Positions 13,630 to 27,335 of a stretch of DNA of 64,000 bases are shown here, one piece after another. The notes under the pieces were generated by a model, which saw only the letters and a list, made by a program, of their open reading frames with translations, had not been told where the DNA came from and did no database searches. A program made the translations under genes and the position numbers. Within the stretch, counting starts at the first letter, position 1; each line of letters begins with the position of its first letter. Source of the DNA: Paragordius varius (lineage: Eukaryota; Animalia; Nematomorpha); NCBI GenBank assembly GCA_964247055.1, contig OZ176059.1:2108001-2172000 (forward strand). Reading direction: 5' to 3'.

Positions 13630-15354
13630 TCAATACATAGATTTAGTATGTAGCCATTATAATGTTAACCATTATTTAATTGTCATAAAACGAAACAGAG
13701 CTTTATGAAAATTTTTTCGAAAACGCACTTCGGAATTTTTACCATATTATAAAGGAAAAAAACATCCGTTATTAGGCTATGGTGTCGTGCTTATTTCAGT
13801 AAAAATTGAATTTATACGGACAAAACGTAAAAATATAAAGACAAATATTTTTTAAAGGACAACTATGCTTATTATATCTTGAATTATTTTAATATAACTG
13901 ATTTTTTTCAACTTTAATTTATATAATGGATTATGTTACCAATAAACATCTCTATTTCATACTTTATAGTTTAGTTTCAAAAAGTATGGTTGTTTTTTAT
14001 AAAAAAAAATTCTTTATATTTTTACGTTTTGTCCGTATAATTACAGTTTTTAGTGTATTATAATAATACTGTTGCTTCTAGGTAAAATTTACAATTACAT
14101 AAAAATTATATTATTGGTAACAGGCTCTCATGTATTCGGTGTGATGGGATTGATGGTTATTAACTCTTACAACTTATACCTTTATCTGACTCAATAATAA
14201 CTAAACGTATGATAAAATAGCTACTTTTATGTTTATATTTATACAATTCAGTATGTTTTTAGATATGTATTATCAAATTTCTGTTAATAATAATTGAATG
14301 CACTTCGGCATTTTTGTTCATGCATCACCAAATTGAAAAAAGATTCTTGTGCCCCTCCTCTCTCCTAACATACATAAAAATTGCAAAATTTATTATATGC
14401 CATTTAGATTTCAAATTACCCTTGATCAATTCAAATCCTGGAACAATTCAAATTCACCCTCGAACAATTCAAATTTATTCACCCTAGAATTAAATTATGT
14501 GTTTTCAGGCTAATATAACTCATTATTAATATGAATATATATATTGCATAGTATATTAATTTTTCAGCATTGTAGTAATATTATATTTCATTTTTTAATG
14601 TTTTTTTAATATTCGAAAACACTTAGTTTATTTTAGGGCGAATTTAAATTGTTTAAGGGTAAAATTGAACCGTAAATGGTTTATTATATTAAACTAATGA
14701 GATACTTATATCAATACTTTAAATATTCCATATCGGGGATACCTTGATAAACCTGATCTTAGCCCTCAATTTGCTTTATTTTTATTTTATTAAACCAAGG
14801 TTGAGAATCCTTCACATAAATACCTTGGTCCAAAAATTATCAAAATAAGGCAACTTGATAACTTCGGACGGTGCGCATTTATCCAAAATTTATAGATCTG
14901 GGTATTAAGTTAGCAAAAAGATTTTTAATATTTAAATAATATTTCAACGCTTATGCCTCTTGCTGTTCTTAGAAACGGAAGAATGTTTCCATCAACTGAA
15001 AATGTTGGATTTATTGTTAAGTTAACTGATATTAATGAGTAAGAATTACAAGGTATTTGTGCAAGGGCAAGAAATATAAATGATTTGCATAACTCCTTAC
15101 ATTTACAGTAAAAACCAAAATTATACGGACAAAACGTAAAAATATAAAGACAAATATTTTTTTTAAAGACAACCATATTTTTCAATCTTGTTTATATAAC
15201 TTATGGTTTTTAACTACAAAGTATGAAAACGATATGATCGGTAAAACAATCATTTTAAATTTTACAGTTGTAGTTATATTATTTATACTAGAGTATTTTT
15301 GATTTTATAAGCAATTTTGGTATGCGGCACAAAGTTTTAAAATGATTCACATAG

Positions 15355-16250
15355 TCTCATATTCTGAACATTGGCTCCAAAAGCATGCTATTTCGATATG
15401 ATGGCGCAGTTGTGGGCGGGTAGCCCTCTACCCAGAGGCCAATATAAAAATGTAGTTAGATAAAAAAATTTGCCTTTACCTGGAATAATCGATCAGTCCT
15501 AATAGTTTATGGAAGAATGGTTTCAAAACTAAATAATAGTTCAATGATAGCGCATTTTTAGGGAGTAAAGGGCCTTTTTAACGGTTAATTCAAAATATCC
15601 GCTCGACTAAATTTTTGACTTTTTACGGATATTACTTTAAGCAGCTATTGAACTCATATGGCCTGATAGGTTTTCTGAAATTTAGCCCCAAAAGCACGCT
15701 ATTTCGATATGACGGGTCAGTTTTTCGCGGGTAGCTCCTTACTCAGCAGCTATCATCAAAGAAACGCTTGACTAAAATTTTTGCCTTTCAACAGGGAATA
15801 CGTGGAATCCATATTGAATTTTTACGGTCTCATACCTAGGGCGAAAAATAGATTTAAAAAAAATTATTTTTGTGGACTTTGTTTTTTTTAAAAAAATGGC
15901 ATTTTACGGGGGGAGCGGGTAAAAAGAGGGCCTAAATTAAAAAAGTGAGTCGACTATGTTCGGCGCGATCAAAAATAAGTGAGCAAAAATCATATTTGAA
16001 ATTGAATGGTCCAACACGTTTACCGCAAAATTGTCTCAAAGACACGATTTTTGTGGACTTCTGTTTTCAAAAAAAACCGTTTTTCACACGGGGTGGGCCC
16101 GAACTGGGGGCCTAATTCAAAAAAAGGGGGAAGCTATTGTCGGGGCATTTTTTAATAATTATATTTTTTTGATAATTGGTTTTGAATGGGTCTATCGGTT
16201 CCGGAAACAGATCACAAAGCCAGCATTTTCCATTTTTATAAATATATAGA
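15355..16250 (-). mobile_element. Helitron of the same family, 3' truncated
   Basis: Minus-strand 5' end A|TCTATATATTTATAAAAATGGAAAATGCTGGC at 16250; two internal repeat anchors near 15383 and 15693; no CTAG end found. Confidence 0.8.
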
Positions 16251-16623
16251 TGAGAAAAATTAAGGTTTAAAAAAGTATGGTGTGAAAAAAAAATATTTTT
16301 CTTTATATTTTACGTTTTGTCCGTATAATTTCAACTTTTACTGTAAATCCATTTCATCTACAGTATTTTTAGCTATTTAAAGCTATTTATATATGTTATA
16401 ATAATACTTAGTAAGATTCAGTAAATAAAATATCATGAATTTAACAATGATTACTTCCCAATACTGTTAACTTTATAATTTAAATTAAATAATATAAAAC
16501 AAACTACCATTCATCAAAGAATAGATTATGTTAATTAAGATAAATTTAAGGTCGTTTCTCCAAATTTTCGTTACCTTTTGGGAACGTAGCACTAAAATTT
16601 TAAATACTACTTATTATTTTTAA

Positions 16624-17111
16624 CGCTTCGATTGAAATTGGGGTATCTAATGACCCCAGACTATGTGTAAATTAGTATATTTAAAAACTACTAAAAGAAA
16701 CGGTTCCAATTTATATTTATATCCTAATAAAAATTATATATATAAACCAAAATATTTTAACAAAGTTCATTCCATACCAAACAACTTCGACACCATTTTT
16801 ATTTTACAACATTTTTGCAAAATATCGTGTTTATTTGATTCAAACGCTAAAATAAAGCTAATATTTTATCATATCACATTTAACATTAATATAAATAGAA
16901 TATTTTGCATTTTTATACATAGCTAATGCACATATCTCACGTTGATTAACTAAAGTTTTATCCATAAAATAAGTAATCGATTTTGTTACATCAATGGTAT
17001 AAAACCTAAACTTTTGCAATGGTTTCAATTATATTTAATTTTAAACAGGCCTGGTCCACAAAATCCCCAATTTTAATAGGAGGACTGAAATGAATGTGTT
17101 TTATCCAAGTG
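16624..17111. mobile_element. TTAA-flanked MITE with CAC-type termini (piggyBac- or Chapaev/CMC-like)
   Basis: TTAA|cgcttcgatt...tatccaagtg|TTAA; homologous to 26789-27335 and 59693-60254. Confidence 0.8.
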
Positions 17112-18426
17112 TTAAAACATTATATTGATCGTAAAATATCGCCAATGACATGATAAAAGCTTAAAAATGGAATATATTAATTCTAAAAAGATATATATAT
17201 ATATATTTAAAAAATTTTAACAAATAAACTAAATTCAAAAAACCAAACCAAACATCATTGAGAGCATACCCACAAGCTTTCCCAATTTGTGGGATATTAT
17301 ATTATTAAAAAATAAAGGGATTTATTATTTTAAAATCAAATCATACACTTCATATTTTTACAATATACATTATTCAAGGTTAAAATGAAAGAATGCGCTA
17401 TATATTGTTACAATAATAATAATAATAATCGTATTTTTAAATAAAAGTTTTTTTCGTTTTTATTTGTTAAAAATCATTGAAAGATTGGAAGATTTATATA
17501 AAATTTATATATTTCCCCTTTAATTGAAGTGCGATGCGATAATGATATAATAAAAATAATATAATAATTTAGTGGTTATAAGTTAAAAAAAGATCATTGT
17601 TTTTAAAATTATATATACCAAACATCAAACCCAAAAACTCTTGATTAAAAAATTGAATAATATTCCAATAAATAAAATTAACTATGCAAGAATCAACAAG
17701 TATGATATATTATTAAAGCCCCCTAACTTTAGATTTACAAATAAGTGAAAATACCATACAAAAATCATTATAAAACAAGTTAGATATAAGATAGGGTAAA
17801 ATATAGCTCGCTTATTTAACAACAAAAACTAAATTTAAAGCCCGAATTAGTTTTCGTTACATTATTGAGCATTATGGAATGTACAGTAAAAACGTGACAA
17901 GTCAAAGAGTAAGTAAACGGATTTTTAAATTATAAGTTTGGTAAAAAACTCTGTCATTAAAATTAAAAACACATATTCTTTAACTATACCCAAATACCCA
18001 AACGTTGGACCTAAACAACAAACACCTTTACAAATTTAACAAATTGTAGGATGGAGTATTAAAATAGTATTAATAAAACAATTAAAAACAAATTTTGAAA
18101 ATAATTTTTGCGACGTTGAATTTGGTTTTTGTTTAAAAAATTTTAAAGTCGTGTTTTATTTTTAAATTTTCCAATTTTTAATTACACCTCAAGTCTTTAT
18201 AATCGGCAATTTGAAAAAAAACATATAAACTTTTTTTTACTCAAATTGCCTTCCTTAGAATAAAACAAAAACTAAGGATCCTATCATTCAATATATATTT
18301 TTAAGTGTAAAGGTAGTAAGTTTGTATATTGAATCTATAGAGTGCTTGCTTGATTGAATGATTATTGATAAATTTTTGATAAATTTTAAAAATTATGCAT
18401 TTTTATGTCTGAATAAAAAATATTTT

Positions 18427-18743
18427 TCAAGTCATCATATTATTATCGCTATTGTGTGATTGTAATATGCAGGGGAGTGGCATAGGATTTTGAACAGCTG
18501 TTGTCTCCAGAATTTGTTTTTGTCCAACTTTCCAATCATCATGTAGGTGTGTCATCAATTTCTTAATCCCAATCAACCAATTATTAATCTATTCATATAT
18601 GTATATGCATATGTATAAAAATTAAATTATACAGACAAAACGTTAAATAAAGGGAATTTTTTCAAAAACCAAATAAAACCTAAATTTTCCTATATATAGG
18701 CTATTTAATTACAATGGTATAAAATATGGTATTTACTGTGTTA

Positions 18744-18778
<35 letters not shown>

Positions 18779-21700
18779 CTCTATTACACACTTTGTCATT
18801 TTTGACAAAGAGTTATGATTATAACTAAGATTTAAAAAGTATGGCTCTTTATGAATATGTATTTGTCTTAATATTTTTATGTTTTGTTCGTATTTCAATT
18901 TTTATTTCACTACAAATTGGACATAACACTTTTTAATAAGCTAAATAATTTATCAAAGTTTACAAACAAAAGATTTGTAGAAGTTCAAATAATATAAATG
19001 TCATACTTGGCTTTTATATGTACTAATAAAATTGAATAAATACGTAAAATTTATTTCAGAATTTAATGAAAAAAATTGGGTTAATATTTTACAGATAAGA
19101 GCAAACCTAAAGTATTAATAACCTTTAATATTGAATAAAATTTTTAGTCGCTACTTGTCTCTAAAACAAATCAACTTCTTTTAAAACATAAAATGAATAA
19201 CAAGGCATTCAAAAGTAATATATTAATTAGCACTTGTTAATATGCTTAATAATTAAATATGACAAAATTACTGTTACAATATAGGGGAAAAAATTGTTTA
19301 ATTTTAACTATTTATTGTTCGCAACCATACACTACTGTATATACAATTTGTTAGTTTTTCCGAAATTTTTTGTAAAAGGCAGTCGTTAAAATACTTTGAA
19401 ATATTAATCAATTTTATTTGTATTTTGGCACAGTGGGTATATTTTTATAGATTTTTTATAAGAGAGTTTTGCTTGACAAGTTTAAATCAATTGGATATAT
19501 ACTTTAAATTCATTATTATGAATGATATAAAATTATGGATAACAATGTAAAATTTAATTATATTTTGGTTAACAATGTTTTATAAGGTGAATAAAAAATG
19601 TTAAAAAAATTTGAAAAAAATAACATAATATCATGTTTTTTATAAAACTTAAACACTGAAATAATATAAATATTACAATAAAAGTTTTTAAGTTTCTTAC
19701 CCCTTGTTAAGTTAAGCTATTAATTTAAAAAAATTATGTTTAAATTAAAAAGTTTAAACCGGTTATTAATTGTAATAATCTGCTGATTAAAATGGTATTT
19801 AATATTTATTTCTCATATATGACATCTTCTTTGCATTCCAAAATCCTAAACTGTACACACTATCTTAACAAAAACAAACCTAACCCTAAGCCAAGGATAC
19901 TTATATATACCATTTGTACTTCAAGTTTATACTAGAACATTTCAAGTTGGTACTTAAACATTTCTAGCGTGTTTCTAACTTTTATCAAGAAATACTTATA
20001 TATACCATTTGCACTTCAAGTTATTCCTTAAATATTTCAAGTTATTCCTTGAATATTTCAAATATTTCTATTGTATTTCTAACTTTTATGTATGGACCAT
20101 GTATCATTTATCTATCCTTCCTATCATATTTAACCTATTATCTTTATTTGTTCTAAAGTTTAATAAAACAATATCCACTTTTTTTTCATTCAAAAACCGT
20201 ATATTTTTATTTATTATTTAAAGGTTTTTTTTATATTAATAAAAATTTAGCGCCAAAGTAATATAGTTTTCTGTGTAACTAAATACAATTTTTTGTTAAA
20301 AACATTAAGAAAATAATATTGTTAAATTGTGAAATTAATTCAAAACAAAAAATGGTTTTTGAATAAAAAATATTATTTTTATAGGCATAAATATTTCATA
20401 AATTATAAATATTAGGTTAAAAAAACAAAAAAATGGATGAAAAATTTTGTTATATCTAAACTTAAAAAGTTTACGGTCCAACTTGAAGTGTTTATTAAGG
20501 ATCTTAATGTGTTAGAGGGCCCAAATGTTTTAAAACACTCCTTGAGGTGCAGATGGTATACTTAAATATATGGGTTTTATACTTTTTATAGCTTTTCAAA
20601 AAATTTTTTATATCCAAAAAATATTAGTTTAACCTGTAACGGGTATTGCATAATAAGGTCAGAATGGTATTTAAAGGCTTCATCGAATTTATCATTGGAC
20701 AGGGCTAATAATGAAAAAAAAAATAAAATAATAAATTTTTGTAGAAATTAAGATTTGCAGATAAAACTGGTGTTACTCTATATTATCCAAATTCTATTAA
20801 AAATAATATAATAAAATTTTTCCATCTCAACAAAATTTTTTGTCACCAATAATATACTTTATTTTCGAAACTTATTAGAAAAATAAATTAATATACAAAT
20901 AATAAAAAGCTTCAATTTTCTTGGCTAAAAATATATTTTATTTTCAGTGGTTTCTAAAAATGAAATATAAAGAGTTTAAATGGGGTAATTGTTTTTTAAG
21001 ATTTTATTAAATGTACAAAGTGATATAATATAATATAATGCGGATAATAAAAACAGATATTATTTCCCAAAATATATTTACGTGGTTGAATTAAAAATAA
21101 AATATATAAATAAAATTAATGTTAATAAATAATACACATAATTTATGACATAAAAAACCTACCCTTGAACTTGAATTCTTACACATGTGTGAAATAAATT
21201 ATTAACATTAAATTAACCTTAAGGGTAAAATAATATATATATATATATATTGTGAAAAATACAGTAGAAATTACATGTATATTGTAAATTATATCAAAAC
21301 AAATTTAAATCAACTATCTGTTTTGTAGAAAGATTTCTAAATCCTATATAAATTTTTGAACAAGAAAAGGTTATTATAATGTTAGGACTATATTTTTCAC
21401 GATAAAGGTATATATATACCTTATTGTGTTCCATAGCTTTACACTTGCAAAATAGCACTATGAAAGTTGTTTTTAATAAAAATTTCAAGTTATTTTTAAC
21501 TGTAAAACATACAGCTATTATCAAAATATATTGTCAAGTTCAAAGGTTTTATAAGTCTTTAATGTTAAGTCACAAAAAAACGAAAAGTTTAATATGTGAT
21601 TTTTTTACAATTTTACATTTATGTATGAACCTTTTTTATATTGCGCTCAAAATGCCATAGTAATCAATATGAATATTTTCGAATCAGTCGTAATATTATA

Positions 21701-21945
21701 GATATATTTATAGTTGACATTTGAAATGGCTTTAGAGCTAAAAAAAACCACCCCAAAAAAGTAATAAGTTTTTTTTAAAAAAAGTATATAAGTATATTTA
21801 CCAGTAACAAGGTTATACATTTTGTGTTTGATATCGTTTGATAAAACTCCGTTACCCATATGAGGAGTACCGTTACACTCTTCTTGTGTTTTCGTCCATT
21901 CCAATTTACAAATTTGTAGTTTTTTATTAATTTCCTCCCTTTCAA

Positions 21946-21978
<33 letters not shown>

Positions 21979-22771
21979 TTTGAAGAGTAGATATTCCCAA
22001 TTAATTAAATCAACTGATATTAAAACAGAGGCGCAAGGGCTCTTAAAATTTTTTTTTTATGGCTTTAAGTTCTTATTTTAAGTATAATGCAAATGTGTCA
22101 AACAGATTTAAAGTTTTATGGATTATGCTGGTCATAATGCACTTTGCAATTTTAAGGTTTCTAGTTTTTAAGTTATAGTCGTTTTAATTGAGTATACCTC
22201 TTTATGGATATTTGGGAGTCATAAAAACAAAGTATTTGCAAAATAGTAATAATTTAGAAAATTAGAGATCGCATTAAATTTTAAACAAAATTCATATGGC
22301 GAATTTATGCGCAAATGTTGTATAATTAATGGAAGACCCACTATATATTTTAAATTTTTTTTTTAATTTTACTTTGGAAATTGAGGTATCTGGAAGTGAA
22401 AATAAGCGTGAATGTAAAGTTTCAAATATATAATCTGTATTGGTTTGAGTATCTGTGTATAACATGGTTTGATTTGATTCAGATAATATAATATGTTTGG
22501 CAGGATGAATGTGAGGTAATTCGGTTCGCTTAGCTAAGTATTAAATTATCACCAAATAGAAACTTGTATTTACTGACGATACTTCAGGATGTACTAATCT
22601 TTGGTTTAATTTATAACCAGTACGTGACGCTAAAAGATTTGGACTCCGACTAGCGTTACTAATGTAAGTAGACGGTTTCAAAAAGGGGGGGTCATTCCAA
22701 CCATTTGATAAGGTAGATGTTTCCTGACCTAAAGTTTAAACTTTTTCGAACAAACTTTGTTTTAACTCCAT
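18427..22771 (-). CDS. SRA1: Steroid receptor RNA activator protein (SRA1/SRAP) homologue, about 239 aa, 6 exons
   Basis: Exons 22771-22756, 22728-22564, 22533-22373, 21946-21802, 20704-20634, 18588-18427 (720 nt, all GT-AG, phases consistent). Contains the N-terminal GWNDPP...KLNQRLVHP motif and the C-terminal helical domain EEINKKLQICKLEW...LSNDIKHKMYNLVTALSNDKFDEAFKYHSDL...INNWLIGIKKLM, matching remembered SRA1 motifs (GWNDPP; SQWMVGVKRLI). Confidence 0.85.
19897..20086. repeat. ~95-bp tandem duplication in SRA1 intron 5
   Basis: atacttatatataccatttg(t/c)acttcaagtt starts at 19897 and again at 19992. Confidence 0.75.
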
Positions 22772-23232
22772 TATTCTTGAGCTGGTTGATGATGCCAAGG
22801 CTAGGCAATAATGCAGCGATTAAAGCGTCAAATGCAAAAAGGTAAAAAAAATGAAAAATTAAAACAATGACGTATGATTATACTCAGAGGGCTGAAACGT
22901 TTTTTCTGTTTTATTAAGCTTTTATAAATTAAAAATGTATAATATTGGTTAGGTAGAATATTTGTCACCCATTTAATTTTGATATAAACAATGAGAATAG
23001 GTATTTGTAATTTATAGTTATTAATGAGTATCTCTATAATTATCACAGGTCTTATTCAAATTTTAAAGTAATTTTTTATTCTTTTAAGGAACACCTCATA
23101 AAACATCAATGTGGAGAATGGGGTTGTGAGAATGAGTCTTTAAGGTAAAATGTTTAAAAAATAGTAGCCCAATTCAATTCAGTGCTATTTTTGAGTTATG
23201 TGCCGAAGAGATCCATTATTGACTATGTATTT

Positions 23233-25696
23233 CACTGGTACTCAAACCGCGGCCCGCGGGCCACATGCGGCCCTAAGATGGCTTTAAAATTGCCCTATGA
23301 TTATATTGATAGTTAAAATTTTTTTATTGATGAATTTTTAAAATCATAAATTTTCGCTTATTTTAATATTTATTTATTTTCTTTAGATTTTTTAATAATT
23401 TTTCTTTCCAATTTGATATGTAAAAATTTTCCTACATGAAAATGATTTCAAAATTTTGGCACTTGTTTTTGTTTCTGTATTCTGTTGTCTTTTTTATTTT
23501 CATATTTTAATGCATTCCTTTTTTATAGCAAGCCTTTCACACAAACTCGCATATACATCTTTTCATTGCTATCCTGCATCATTTTTTATAACTCATTCCC
23601 AAAAAATATTTTTGGAATCAACATCATTAAATTTTAACTTGTTTTTTATATCATAATTAAAATTATATTCCTATTTTTTGAAAAAATTTACATAATATAT
23701 AAACATAAATTCAAAGGATGACATCCAATGTCAAAACGTAAATTATCCGATGAAAATCGCTCCTTCAAAGAGTGGAAAGAAAAATTCTTTGTCGTTTTAA
23801 ATAAAAATGTTGCTACCTGCCTCATATGTAAGGACAACATAATTATAAAAAATACAATATTGAAAGACATTTTACAATCCATCATTCTCATAAATTACCA
23901 GCCAGAAAATCATGAGGAAAGAAACGAAAAATATAAAAAGATCAAGAAATTTTACCAGAGAGAAAAATCTATTATGTCCATTGCTTTCTCCCAGGAAAAA
24001 GCTGTAACATTAGCTTCGTATGAAATTTGCTACCTTTTTGGAAAAAAATATGAAACCGTTTTTTGATTCCCAACTAAAAAAAGAATGTCGAAATGGTTGC
24101 ACTTTTTTATTTGATAAATTCCATAATCAAAAAAAATCACGAGGCAAATTAAAAAACTTCAATTTTCTGATTCAACATGTGCATGACGCATTGAAGATAT
24201 GTCAGAAAATATTTTTAAAAATACATTATTGCCTTTGAAAAACTGCAAGTATTTTTTTAGTACAGCATTGATTCTAGCATTGATATTAAATGAAATTTAA
24301 CGACAACATAATCAACGAGGAATAATTATAATTTTTACCAGTGAATAATACCACAAAAGTAAGTGATTTTCTCGAAATATTCGATATTAATAGTATTTAT
24401 ATGAAAAAATTGGTTTCAATCTGCACAGATGGCTGTCCCTCTATGATTGAAATAAACAAAGGATTTATTCCTCTTTTGAAAAACAAATATAATTTGCAAA
24501 ATATTTTATCCTTTCACTGCTTTATTTATCAGCAAAACTTGGTTTCACGTGTAAAAGATGAATCACTCAATTCAGTAATTAAAACCGTTTTGGATATAGT
24601 TAACCACATCCGTGGCAGAGAATTCAACCGCCGTAAATTCAACAACATTCTGAAATATATCCACAGTGAGTTTGATGATATTTACACCTCTTTGATATGG
24701 CTAAGCTAAAGCAAATTATTTAATAGATTTTTTATTTTAAGATATGATCTATTATTTATAAAGGATAACAGAAAGTTTGACGAGGAAATTAATAGTGACA
24801 AATGGTGGGTTTCAATAGCCTACTGACATATAAACTTAAGATTTACAAGTCTTCAAGGAAGCAAAATAATAACCCAATTGTCTAATCAAATATTTACTTT
24901 AGAAGAATTAATAATATATAAACAAGATTTTATAAGTAAAAACTCCTATTTTTTCCAACAATTAAAACGATTCATGAAAAAAATATGTAATTACCTCGGA
25001 GATTAATTCAATGATAGATAACCATTTAACATTGTTATCTAATGGATGAAATTCAGATTTCAAAAATATATTAAAAATTGCTTAAAACTCGTTGAAAATT
25101 CATGGCATATGGATATACCCAATATTAATCAACTTGAGAATTTCGGTTTTGATCAGGCGCATATCATTGAAGAATTCGTAGATTTTAAAAATGATTTTAA
25201 TTTGGCGGCTATATTCAGGAGAATTGTAGAGAAAAAATATATGTAGAGTTTTAGCAAGATGTGCCAAATAAATATTATATAAAAAATGTGCTCTAGTTAT
25301 CATAACTGTTTTTACCACAACTTACACGTGTGAGAAGGCATATTCAAAAATGAAGTATGTCAAGAATACATACATAAATCGCTTAACCGATGATCATATG
25401 GACGACCTATTAAGATTGGCCTGTCATGAGGCAAAACCAAATTTGTCAAAAATTATTGGTTAATATAAAAAAAAAATGTTTGTTATCAAAATATTTTAAT
25501 TTTTTAAACTAAATGGTAAACGAGTTTTTAGCTAGATTTACATACGATCCGCAAAAAATTTATTGTGCTGATTTAGAGGATAAATATGTGCATATGTGTT
25601 AAATAGCTATGGAATATTTACCATTATAAGGTTCATGGCCCTCGAAAAAAAATATATTTTATTTGGCCCGTCAAATTTTTTTGGTGAGTACCACTG
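23233..25696 (+). mobile_element. Full-length but decayed hAT transposon (SPIN/GTF2IRD2-like transposase pseudogene)
   Basis: TIRs cactggtactc / gagtaccactg; perfect 8-bp TSD atgtattt (23225-23232, 25697-25704). Frameshifted fragments: MSKRKLSDENRSFKEW...CLIC (BED-like), LVSICTDGCPSM, SFHCFIYQQNL, and C-terminal FTTTYTCEKAYSKMKYVKNTYINRLTDDHMDDLLRLA. Confidence 0.92.
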
Positions 25697-26788
25697 ATGT
25701 ATTTAGACCATTCCCTGATATTTTTCCGAAATATATTTTTTAAGTGTATAATGGTTTTAAGAATTTTCATCATAAAGCCTTAATTTTTTCCTTTTATAAA
25801 ACCGGACATGATTTTACTGAATAAGTAATATATATTTCAAGTTTTTTATATTGGAAATAAATTAATCTTTGCCATTTTTTTAAGCTTAGAGGTCCACTCT
25901 GTATGCATCCGCATAAATAATTTTATCGCGTAGCTTTAAGACTTTTCTGTCCGAATTAGAGACTTTACGAATTAAAAGTTTTTACGACACAGAATCACTA
26001 AATAATGTTGGAGCCTTTATTAGAACTGCCTCAAATAGGGCCCTACCTGTCGAATACACTTTTTAACTATCAAGTTTTCGCTTCATTTATGCTAGGAGAA
26101 AGTGTGAATAGAGGTTTTTTCCAATACATGAATCAGATAATTGGGTATCCAGATAAAATAAACTCTGCGTCCGAAATTGGGGAGTATAAAGAAATTTTTT
26201 GAAGAAATATATTATATGTATTTTGATAGGAATATGTATTTGGATATTATGGTGGTTTTGGCCCTTACGAGGATATCAGAAAAGTATTCACACTTTTGTG
26301 GTAAAACATATGAGAAAATTTTTTTGAAAATTAAATGCTTTATTCTAAAAAATACAACGTAAAGATATCATTACTACATATAAAAGCATATTATTTTTTA
26401 AAAAATTGATTTTTGGATGTGGCCTCTGAAAGTCCAAAATTTTTTTGCTCTTGTTAAATAGATTAATTTTCATAAAAATATATGCATTGCATTTCCTATG
26501 TAATTTATAATATCTTTTTTTGCATTTCCTATGGAATTTATAATATCTTTTAGTAATATTTTTTTGGAATGAGATATTTAAATTTCACCAAAAAATATAA
26601 AATGTGCGCTAATATTGCCTTTTGATATGGAGCACTTACCACAAAAGTTTAAATTACCTTCTTAAATCACTCATAATGTCCGAAAATCATAATGAAACAT
26701 TTTCTTATATCAGAATATATATATTTCATCAGGTGAGCATGTATTATGAATATTTATATACTTTGTTTAGGGTTAATGATTACTTTAA

Positions 26789-27335
26789 CACTTCGATTCA
26801 AATTGGGGTATTTAAAAACACAAGATTATATTTAAGTTAAAATTTTTAAAAAACAACTGAAAGAAACGGTCACAATTTAAGTTTATTTTATCTTGATAAA
26901 AATTATATAAATAGGCCGAAAAATCTAAATAAATATATTTTTTTAAAAAAGTTTCATATCAAACTACTTCTATGCCATAATTATTTTACATCATTTTTGC
27001 AAAATATCGTGTTGCTTTGAATCTAACGCTAAATTTAGAGCTAATATTTTATTTATATCGATACAAAGAGTGGTTTATTTTGCATCCCTTTTATACTTAA
27101 CTAATGCATACATGTCATTTTATTTGCCTTAAGGTTTTACCTTAAAAGTATTAATAAGTATTATTGAATGAACGTTTTTATACATTACGGTTCATTAATG
27201 TTATAAATGCCAAATTCTTGCCATGGTTTCAATTTATTTCATATTTTATGAATTATTTAATTTTAAACAGACCTGGGTTATCCAACTACCCAAATTTGAA
27301 TCGGAGGACTGAAATGAATGCGTTGTATCCAAGTG
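26789..27335. mobile_element. TTAA-flanked MITE, second copy
   Basis: TTAA|cacttcgattc...gtatccaagtg|TTAA. Confidence 0.85.

Noticed and set aside
21664-21737. Alternative SRA1 terminal exon (ALKPFQ...LRLIRKYSY*)
   Set aside because: It is in phase, but exons 20704-20634 and 18588-18427 match the conserved C-terminal domain far better. It cannot be excluded as a minor isoform.
22566-22600. CTGACGA hammerhead-like core on the plus strand
   Set aside because: No GAAA after the putative stem II, and the region is SRA1 coding sequence on the other strand.
26005-26362. ORFs 26005-26202 and 26177-26362
   Set aside because: No recognisable motifs or splice context; probably decayed repeat.
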